Below, one piece after another: positions 54,099-61,353 of a stretch of DNA of 64,000 nt. The stretch is from a virus, in IMG/VR virus record IMGVR_UViG_3300017613_002264, positions 1 through 64,000 of that record; one strand, written 5' to 3'. Numbering within the stretch: the stretch's first letter is position 1; the number at the start of each line of letters is the position of its first letter. The notes below the pieces were generated by a model, which saw only the letters and a program-made list of their open reading frames with translations, did no database searches and was not told the origin of the DNA. Position numbers and translations under genes: made by a program.

Positions 54099-54434
54099 AT
54101 GAGTAAATTACCTCTAGAACCATTAGACTGCAAGGGTTGCTATGAATGCTGTAAGTGGCTGACTTTTATCGTCGCCTTATCTCCTGAGACGTTTACTGAG
54201 CATATAGACTTTTATACTCGGAGAGGAGCGAAAATTCAAATACTCACAGGTTCAGTAGCGATCACAGTTCCTTCCCCTTGTCCTCACCTTATTGGCGGGA
54301 GTTGTAGTATCCATAAGGATAAACCTTATCTCTGCAAAAAATATGATTGCAGAAAAGATCCCTTTTTGAAAGGAGGGAAGTATTATGGCGGGGAAGAGAA
54401 GTCGAGCGGCAACAAAGGGTTTGCGACCGAGTAA
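54099..54434 (+). CDS. YkgJ-family CxxCxxCC cysteine-cluster protein
   Basis: CKGCYECC near the N-terminus, with later CPHL...C and CKKYDC. The track start is 54081; the ATG at 54099 has GAAGGG 6 nt upstream. Confidence 0.5.
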   Translation: MSKLPLEPLDCKGCYECCKWLTFIVALSPETFTEHIDFYTRRGAKIQILTGSVAITVPSPCPHLIGGSCSIHKDKPYLCKKYDCRKDPFLKGGKYYGGEEKSSGNKGFATE

Positions 54435-54714
54435 AACTATCACCGGAGCCCAACGCAAGGCTCGGAAAATTAATATCGCGGTCGCAAGGAAAGCAAAGAA
54501 GAGGAAAATTGCTTTCATGGGCAAGGGCCGTACTTTTCGATCCGGTGATAAGATAACTGTCTCAGGAAAGAAGGGAACTGTCATACCAAGTAAATCAATG
54601 CAGGCCTATGTGTTCAGGGCCAAGGGCTCAGTAAAGAAGGCGAAAAGACTCGGATTGAAATCTACTAACTATGATAGGCGTCTTTCCGGCATCGATATGA
54701 TGTTTATTAAATAA
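54385..54714 (+). CDS. small basic protein, RAATKGLRP family, paralogue A
   Basis: MAGKRSRAATKGLRPSKTITGAQRKARKINIAVARKAKK... Its 5' end overlaps the YkgJ-like gene by 50 nt. Confidence 0.55.
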   Translation: MAGKRSRAATKGLRPSKTITGAQRKARKINIAVARKAKKRKIAFMGKGRTFRSGDKITVSGKKGTVIPSKSMQAYVFRAKGSVKKAKRLGLKSTNYDRRLSGIDMMFIK

Positions 54715-54726
54715 GGAGAATTACTC

Positions 54727-55053
54727 ATGGCAGGCAAACGATCACGAGCGGCGACTAAGGGACTCCGACCGAGTAAAACTATTACTGCTTCGCAAAGGAA
54801 GGCTCGTAAGTTGAATATTGAAGTTGCTAGGAAGGCGAAGAAACACGGCAAGTCGGCGAGTCAAATAAAATCCAAGCTGAAAAGCGGGGCATGGAAAAAG
54901 GGAGGTAGTAGTTATTTGAGATCGAGTGAAGCGGCTTACTACCTACGAGAAAGAGGTCTTGGTCGCAGTAAATCAGTATCCCGGGTCAGAGCAATTAAAA
55001 GAACCGAGGGGCAAGCAAAACGCCTTATCAAAGCCGGTGTTTTCAAACCATGA
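54727..55053 (+). CDS. small basic protein, RAATKGLRP family, paralogue B
   Basis: MAGKRSRAATKGLRPSKTITASQRKARKLNIEVARKAKK... GGAGAATTACTCATG start context. Confidence 0.6.
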   Translation: MAGKRSRAATKGLRPSKTITASQRKARKLNIEVARKAKKHGKSASQIKSKLKSGAWKKGGSSYLRSSEAAYYLRERGLGRSKSVSRVRAIKRTEGQAKRLIKAGVFKP

Positions 55054-55070
55054 CAAAGGAGTAATACTCA

Positions 55071-56426
55071 TTGGCAGATATACTACCATTCAATAGAATG
55101 TACACTATGAGGTATCATCCTGAGCAGGCGAGACTTTGGTCTTCTACTGCTCGTTTTAATGTGGTGCCTGCTGGTCGTCGTTCCGGCAAGACCGAGATAT
55201 GCGGAAAGAGGAAACTCATTTTAAAAGCATTACTCGGTAGTGACTTTCCCGACCCTCGCTTCTTTGCGGCCGCCCCTACTCGAGATCAGGCGAAGAGAAT
55301 TTACTGGAAAGACCTCAAGTTGATGACTCCCAAAGAATTCATCACGAATATATCTGAGACAATGTTGTGTATCACTTTATTGAATAATGCCGAAATTCAT
55401 GTGCTAGGGATGGATAAACCTGAAAGGATTGAGGGTTCCCCTTGGGATGGTGGATGTCTCGATGAGTACGGCAACATGAAAAAAGAGACATGGGGCGAGC
55501 ATGTGAGACCTTCTCTTTCTGATAGGCTGGGATGGTGCGATTTCATTGGGGTTCCGGAGGGTAGGAATCACTACTATGATCTATATAAAGATGCTCAAGT
55601 CAAATGTCTCGACGATATCGGAAAAGGCATACCTCCCGAGTGGAACCACTTCCACTGGATCTCAGCAGACATCTTGCCCGATGAGGAAATCGCGGCCGCT
55701 AAAAGAGACCTTGATGAACTCACCTTCCAACAAGAATACGAAGCCTCATTCGTTAACTTCTCCGGCCGTGCTTACTATCCATTCGACGAAAGGAAACACT
55801 GCGCCGCATTAGAGTATGATAAAAGAGCCGACCTTGAGATATGTCTCGATTTCAATGTCTCACCCGGGGTTGCTTCGGTTATACAGGAGCAATGGCTTCC
55901 TACGAGTATTAATGAGGAAACGTGGGGAGATGGAATAATCGGAGAAGTCTACATCCCCAAGAACTCCAACACAGTAAGGGTTTGCGACAAGTTGATTCAA
56001 GACTTTGGTAGGCATAAAGGCAAACTCTACTTCTACGGCGATTTTACTGGTGGGGCGAAAGGCACTGCTAAAATACTCGGTAGTGATTGGCAACTTGTCA
56101 AGCATAAGATGTGGGCTCACTTCGGCCGGGATAGATGCATCTTTAATCTGAAGGCAAATCCTCGAGAAAGGGATCGAGTCAATTCCGTCAACTCCCGACT
56201 ACTCACTATGGATAACGATGTTAAATGCATGGTAGATCCAAGTAAAGCACCGAAGACAATAAGAGACTTTGAGGGTGTCGCTTTACTCGAGGGTGGTAGT
56301 GGAGAAATCGATAAAAACAAAAACCCTGAACTTACTCACTTATCTGACGCAATAGGTTATAGGGTTTGGATGAAGTACCCAGTGAAAAGAAGATATCAAC
56401 CATCAGGCCAACGTTATTGGAAGTAA
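55071..56426 (+). CDS. terL: terminase large subunit
   Basis: VPAGRRSGKT (Walker A), GGCLDEYG (Walker B) and IGVPEG, with an acidic nuclease-type C-terminal half. TTG start with GGAG upstream. Confidence 0.85.
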   Translation: MADILPFNRMYTMRYHPEQARLWSSTARFNVVPAGRRSGKTEICGKRKLILKALLGSDFPDPRFFAAAPTRDQAKRIYWKDLKLMTPKEFITNISETMLCITLLNNAEIHVLGMDKPERIEGSPWDGGCLDEYGNMKKETWGEHVRPSLSDRLGWCDFIGVPEGRNHYYDLYKDAQVKCLDDIGKGIPPEWNHFHWISADILPDEEIAAAKRDLDELTFQQEYEASFVNFSGRAYYPFDERKHCAALEYDKRADLEICLDFNVSPGVASVIQEQWLPTSINEETWGDGIIGEVYIPKNSNTVRVCDKLIQDFGRHKGKLYFYGDFTGGAKGTAKILGSDWQLVKHKMWAHFGRDRCIFNLKANPRERDRVNSVNSRLLTMDNDVKCMVDPSKAPKTIRDFEGVALLEGGSGEIDKNKNPELTHLSDAIGYRVWMKYPVKRRYQPSGQRYWK

Positions 56427-56439
56427 AGGAGAATTACTC

Positions 56440-56661
56440 ATGGGAAGACGATCGAGAGCAGCGACCAAAGGTCTCAGACCAAAGAAGTCAATCACTGGTG
56501 CTCAAAGGAAAGCACGGAAAGTAAATATCGAAATCGCTCGCAAGGCGAAAAAGAAAGGCACCAAGAAACATTTCAAGGCGGCCTATCAGGAGCAAAGGTC
56601 TCATGGAATGCCAAAGAAGATTGCTCGAAACGTGGCATGGGGAATAGTGAGGAGAAGATAA
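56440..56661 (+). CDS. small basic protein, RAATKGLRP family, paralogue C
   Basis: MGRRSRAATKGLRPKKSITGAQRKARKVNIEIARKAKK... GGAGAATTACTCATG start context. Confidence 0.6.
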   Translation: MGRRSRAATKGLRPKKSITGAQRKARKVNIEIARKAKKKGTKKHFKAAYQEQRSHGMPKKIARNVAWGIVRRR

Positions 56662-56997
56662 TTGAATAATATCGGCGTATGGGCAGAAACACTCAAAGCT
56701 ATTCCGTGGGTACTGATTCTACAGATATCCGTCATAGGCATAGTTGTACTCATCGCAAAAAAGTATTATGAGAACATCTCATCTTACTTTATGTTTCGGG
56801 CGAATAAGGATCTCAGCAAAAACGTCAAGGTTATTGTCAACGGTGATAAGGGAGTTATCTCATACTACACATGGAAATTTATCTACGTCAAATTGAGTAA
56901 ATCAGGTAATGAACTTGTAATCCCTATTACTCGTTGGACTTCCCTACGATGGGAGATTGATAAGAACGGCATTGAAAGGGATTTGAAAGAGACATGA
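56662..56997 (+). CDS. membrane protein (one TM helix)
   Basis: WVLILQISVIGIVVLIA. TTG start immediately after the upstream stop. Confidence 0.4.
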   Translation: MNNIGVWAETLKAIPWVLILQISVIGIVVLIAKKYYENISSYFMFRANKDLSKNVKVIVNGDKGVISYYTWKFIYVKLSKSGNELVIPITRWTSLRWEIDKNGIERDLKET

Positions 56998-57281
56998 AAG
57001 ATAATGTAATCCAATTAAAAGGCGGTTCTGCAGGAGCCGAGACATTACGTAAGTTAGCAGATTTACTCGAGCAAGATAAAATCACTTCACTCATTGTAGC
57101 CGCAAATGAACCATACAATGAGGAAAAGAGAAAAGAGTTTGACTCCCGAGGAGTCATCCATCGCTATTGGTTTAGTGGCGGGGATATGGGATGCCTTGAG
57201 TTAGTGGGGCTTTGCGACTACATGAAACAGTTAATACTCATTTATATGCTTGACGATGTTGACCTTATAAGAGGAGAATAA
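56994..57281 (+). CDS. hypothetical protein
   Basis: 95-aa ORF with ATGA overlap upstream. Confidence 0.45.
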   Translation: MKDNVIQLKGGSAGAETLRKLADLLEQDKITSLIVAANEPYNEEKRKEFDSRGVIHRYWFSGGDMGCLELVGLCDYMKQLILIYMLDDVDLIRGE

Positions 57282-57282
57282 A

Positions 57283-58941
57283 ATGGCTACGGATACGAAG
57301 AAGAAAAAGAGTAATACTATGTCTGCTGAGGAAACCAAACTCAGGGCAACTCATCCGATCCACGATAAGTATTACGATGAGTGGACATTTTTAAATGCGG
57401 CTTATGAAGGTGTCCGGGCCTTGATTGCGTGGGGAGCATTGTACAAACACGAACGGGAGAGTGAGACAAACTATCAGAGAAGATTGAAAGCCGCCTATGG
57501 ATTCTCATACTCCAAATCTGTCGTCGATATCTTCAACTCGTACTTGTTCAAAAAGGAGTTTCCCTCGGAGATCCCTGAGTCATTGAGTAATGATGAGCAA
57601 TGGAAGCAATTCCAAAAAGACTGCAATCTGGAGGGAAGCACCTTTGATAACTTCTTCGTGGATGAGCAAAGGAATGCATCTATACTCGGTCATGTAGGAC
57701 TACTCGTTGATAAGCCTCAATCGGAAAAGGCAACGGTTGCTGAGGAAAAGGAAGCCAACATATATCCTTACGTAGTCGCCTACAAACCAATGGCAATAAT
57801 GGATTGGAAGATTGAGCGAGACGAGTTCGGTCGGAAAAAACTTACTTATCTCAAAGTACTCGATGACGATGACCGCTATCGCATTTGGACTCCCGAGAAG
57901 TGGGAAGTATGGGAGTTGCAGAATACCAAGACCGGTGAGAGGATAGGCGTTACCGAGATTACTCAAGTTGGTGAGCAACCAACTGCCGCCGAGAATAAAG
58001 GTAAAGGCATGGCGGCAGTGAAAGTCTCAGAAGGAGATCACGACCTCAAAGAAATTCCATTTGTTTTACTCTATAATCAGAAGAGTAATATCGATAAAGA
58101 AGTCGGCGTGAGTGATATCACCGATATCAGTAGGGTTGATGGAAGTCTCATTCGTAACCTTTCGCAGATTGAGGAAATCATTGACTACGCTGCCTTTCCC
58201 ATGATGAGGAAACCAATGAAGGAAGCCGGTGCCTCCGCGGATCCTGCAGATGAGGTCGGGGCAACTGCAGTACTCGAATTTGATCCCGACAATCCTGATA
58301 GTAAATCAGATTGGCTCGATGCTGTAGTAGAAGGCCCGATTAAGGCGATCATAGAAGTCATCGATAAAAAGATAGGTGAAGTTTATCGAAGTAGTAATAT
58401 CGGCGGTATGAGTGCAACCGAAATGAGTACATCTGCCAAGTCAGGTGTCGCCCTCAAAACAGAATTCCAACTACTCAATTCCAAACTCGTAAAGAAAGGA
58501 AAGAATGTCTCTAAGGCGAAGTATGATGTAACAAGGCTTTGGTTAATGTGGCAAGACCAATGGGATAAGTATAAAGATGATGTACACTTTTATCACATTA
58601 AGTCTTTTGAGATTGAAGACCTTGCCACTGACCTTGAGAATATACTCACTTCCTCGGTCATCGTTACTCAGTCCGATACATACAAGAAGGAATACCAGAA
58701 AGTCGTGGTACGTATGATTCTACCATCGGTCGATGAGGAAGTACTCACTGCAATAGATAAGGAAATCGAAGATGGTACCTATACTGGACTTGGTGACTTC
58801 TTCGCCGGTCAACAAGGTGAAGACGAAGGCGGTGAATTTGGTAAAGAAGGCAAACCAGAAGAAGGAGCACCAAGTTCTGAGGAAATAGGTGCTAAAGCAG
58901 TATCGACCGCTAAGGCAAAAGGAAAAGAGGAGAGTAAATAA
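57283..58941 (+). CDS. portal protein (putative)
   Basis: 552 aa, downstream of terL, with an acidic and Gly/Lys-rich C-terminal tail. Called on size and position; the N-terminal YDEW.FLNAAYEG pattern is reminiscent of DUF4055-type portals. Confidence 0.65.
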   Translation: MATDTKKKKSNTMSAEETKLRATHPIHDKYYDEWTFLNAAYEGVRALIAWGALYKHERESETNYQRRLKAAYGFSYSKSVVDIFNSYLFKKEFPSEIPESLSNDEQWKQFQKDCNLEGSTFDNFFVDEQRNASILGHVGLLVDKPQSEKATVAEEKEANIYPYVVAYKPMAIMDWKIERDEFGRKKLTYLKVLDDDDRYRIWTPEKWEVWELQNTKTGERIGVTEITQVGEQPTAAENKGKGMAAVKVSEGDHDLKEIPFVLLYNQKSNIDKEVGVSDITDISRVDGSLIRNLSQIEEIIDYAAFPMMRKPMKEAGASADPADEVGATAVLEFDPDNPDSKSDWLDAVVEGPIKAIIEVIDKKIGEVYRSSNIGGMSATEMSTSAKSGVALKTEFQLLNSKLVKKGKNVSKAKYDVTRLWLMWQDQWDKYKDDVHFYHIKSFEIEDLATDLENILTSSVIVTQSDTYKKEYQKVVVRMILPSVDEEVLTAIDKEIEDGTYTGLGDFFAGQQGEDEGGEFGKEGKPEEGAPSSEEIGAKAVSTAKAKGKEESK

Positions 58942-58960
58942 ATAAAGGGGAGTAATACTC

Positions 58961-59860
58961 ATGTCTCACCAAACAATAAAAATATTCGACCGTGATACAG
59001 AACCACAAGGCTTAAACATCGACATCGATGGTAATGTAGGAGTAGTACTTTATGATCAGTACGGAGACCCTTTGGTTACAGACGATGGCAAGGTATTAAC
59101 TAAAACATATCTCGCAGATCATTTTACCGATGAAGCAAGGGGAGTAAACGTAGACCGTGAGGGGCACGTAGGAGTTGCCACTCATGGGGATGATCGAAAT
59201 GGTGATTTAGTTCCTATCAGTGTTACTCCCGGCGGAAAGATAATAACAAAATCATCTCATGATGATGCTGTTGACTCTGGTGAGATATTTTTTTTAAAGG
59301 ATTTTACAAGGCCATCGGGTGCTGATACAGAACAAACTTTTACTATAACGATTCCCGCAAACCCTTATGGGTCATACTCGGAAGTCCATTTACATTGGGC
59401 TGTTCATGCTGAAGCCGAATTTGAAATGAGAACTTATTATGCCCCGACAATAAATGCTCCCGGGACATTACTCACTCCTCTCAATAGAAATGCAAACTAC
59501 CAAGGTCCCGGTGGTCCTGTTCCCATTTCTCAATGGAGGCGGGATGCTACATTTACAGACTATGGTGCTGAAACATATGCTGATGTCGTTGGTAATGGAA
59601 AGAGAAATGTAGCAGGACATAGTTTTCAGGGCGAATTTATACTCAATGCGAATTCCCTATGGAGTATGGTCTTTAAGAAAGTTGCGACGGGTACTCATTG
59701 GCTATCGTGGGAATTTAACTTCTCAGAAGATTTATATGGGGCGCAATCTTCAACAACTACAAGTACTACAACTACTGAACCTGGACCTGAGACTTACTCG
59801 GTGAGTAGTGATGGAGACGATGTAGTTCATGAAGGCGATTCAGTTATTCATACATTTTAA
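58961..59860 (+). CDS. virion-module protein, paralogue 1 (YYAPT...W.W...EDL domain), Thr-rich segment near C-terminus
   Basis: 299 aa. Its C-terminal ~130 aa align by eye with ORF 60592-61341. Contains SSTTTSTTTTEPGPE. Confidence 0.5.
   Translation: MSHQTIKIFDRDTEPQGLNIDIDGNVGVVLYDQYGDPLVTDDGKVLTKTYLADHFTDEARGVNVDREGHVGVATHGDDRNGDLVPISVTPGGKIITKSSHDDAVDSGEIFFLKDFTRPSGADTEQTFTITIPANPYGSYSEVHLHWAVHAEAEFEMRTYYAPTINAPGTLLTPLNRNANYQGPGGPVPISQWRRDATFTDYGAETYADVVGNGKRNVAGHSFQGEFILNANSLWSMVFKKVATGTHWLSWEFNFSEDLYGAQSSTTTSTTTTEPGPETYSVSSDGDDVVHEGDSVIHTF
59749..59778 (+). repeat. Thr/Ser-rich tract
   Basis: SSTTTSTTTT in ORF 58961-59860 (approximate bounds). Confidence 0.8.
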
Positions 59861-59873
59861 AAGGAGATGAGAA

Positions 59874-60578
59874 ATGGCTGAAAGAGAATTAAAAAACATT
59901 ATGAAATCTGGTGAACTGCTTGCGTCCCTTGTTGGCGGGAGTGTTAATGGATTGAAGGTCAGGGAGGGAGGGCAAATACAGCGAGTAGGGGATGCTACCA
60001 TCTGGGATGATCTTCGAGGAGATATGCTTGGGACCAGACTGCACGCTGGACAGGGAAAGGTTGATTATAATCTCACTGAGAATACAGTTACGTTTAACCC
60101 AGGTGGTTCATGGGGAAGAGAAGCAGATATAGTAGGCATGAATATTCAAACTCCTCACTCCATGAAGTTAGGTTCGTTGATACATCCTCATCTCCATTTC
60201 AAACAAGAGTCAAATACTGATTATGTTTTTGAATTGAGATATAGGATTCAGCAGAACGGCCAGGCTCCAGTAGTCCCATGGACCACAATCATTGCCACTA
60301 CTGTATATCCTGCCGTTGCAGATGTTGGTCTCTTATTTGATCCATCCAGTTTGCCAATTAATAATATACTCGAGTTTGGAGCCATCGCAGTACCCGGACT
60401 TTCCACCGCTGTCCAGTTCCAAATGATACGTTCTGATGGAATTGGCGGTGATATTGAGACTTACTTTTTCGATGTCCATGTTGAGAAAGATACAGAGGGT
60501 AGTGGGCGTGAGTATTTGAAATTCGACACAACCACTACAACCACTACGACTACTACCACGACCACAACTACTACCTAA
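59874..60578 (+). CDS. virion-module protein with 16-Thr C-terminal tail
   Basis: 234 aa ending ..LKFDTTTTTTTTTTTTTTTT-stop. AAGGAG RBS. Confidence 0.5.
   Translation: MAERELKNIMKSGELLASLVGGSVNGLKVREGGQIQRVGDATIWDDLRGDMLGTRLHAGQGKVDYNLTENTVTFNPGGSWGREADIVGMNIQTPHSMKLGSLIHPHLHFKQESNTDYVFELRYRIQQNGQAPVVPWTTIIATTVYPAVADVGLLFDPSSLPINNILEFGAIAVPGLSTAVQFQMIRSDGIGGDIETYFFDVHVEKDTEGSGREYLKFDTTTTTTTTTTTTTTTT
60528..60575 (+). repeat. 16-Thr C-terminal tail tract
   Basis: Tail of ORF 59874-60578. Confidence 0.95.
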
Positions 60579-60591
60579 GGAGAAATGAGTA

Positions 60592-61341
60592 ATGTCAAAT
60601 GTAACGCCAAAATATAAGGTTGGAGATGAGGTATGGTTTTGGGATCCTATAGATAGCCCGAAAGAAATTGTTGGAACGCATATAGCAGAGGTTCACTTCC
60701 GTTTAGCAGATGAGACATACTCATATGAGTTGGTTGACTATGTGCATCAGTCAATTAGCACTGTTCTGTTCCCTGAGGCAAACTTATACTCAACATTTTT
60801 AAAAGCGAAAAATGCTTATGAGGGTCATCCTGTCGAGGAGCTTATTGGTAGCGGTGAGGAATGGTATAATAAGGATTGGCAAGACGTTACTGATTTAAAG
60901 GCTTTTCTCATTCGTATGCCTCAAGTCAGTGAAGGCGGATTATTTGAAACTCATTGGAAATATCTTCTCGGTGCTGAGGGAGAATGCTCAATAGCAATTT
61001 ACTACGCCCCAACCTTTACCAGTCTTGGAACGCCAATGAGAATTTGGAATACCCATGGTGGTGGACCTCAAACTGGATATTACTCACAGTTGTATGAAGA
61101 TCCTGTTATCACTGATAATGGTGTCCTTATCTACCGAGATATTATGGGATCCGGTAGAAAAAATGATATGGGATATAGACTCAAAGGTAATTTCTTTCTT
61201 GAACAAAACAGTATCTATATAATGATTGTAGATAAAATAAGGGCAGGAGGACGTTCTTGGTTTGCTTGGGAATGGAAGTGGACCGAAGATTTACTTTCTG
61301 GTTATATAGTTCCTTGGACGACCACCACTACTACTTCATAA
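60592..61341 (+). CDS. virion-module protein, paralogue 2, short Thr tail
   Basis: 249 aa with ..IYYAPTF..GSGRKN..G.FFLEQNS...W.WKWTEDL... Ends WTTTTTS-stop. Confidence 0.5.
   Translation: MSNVTPKYKVGDEVWFWDPIDSPKEIVGTHIAEVHFRLADETYSYELVDYVHQSISTVLFPEANLYSTFLKAKNAYEGHPVEELIGSGEEWYNKDWQDVTDLKAFLIRMPQVSEGGLFETHWKYLLGAEGECSIAIYYAPTFTSLGTPMRIWNTHGGGPQTGYYSQLYEDPVITDNGVLIYRDIMGSGRKNDMGYRLKGNFFLEQNSIYIMIVDKIRAGGRSWFAWEWKWTEDLLSGYIVPWTTTTTTS
61321..61335 (+). repeat. 5-Thr C-terminal tail tract
   Basis: Tail of ORF 60592-61341. Confidence 0.9.
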
Positions 61342-61353
61342 GGAGATGAGAAA

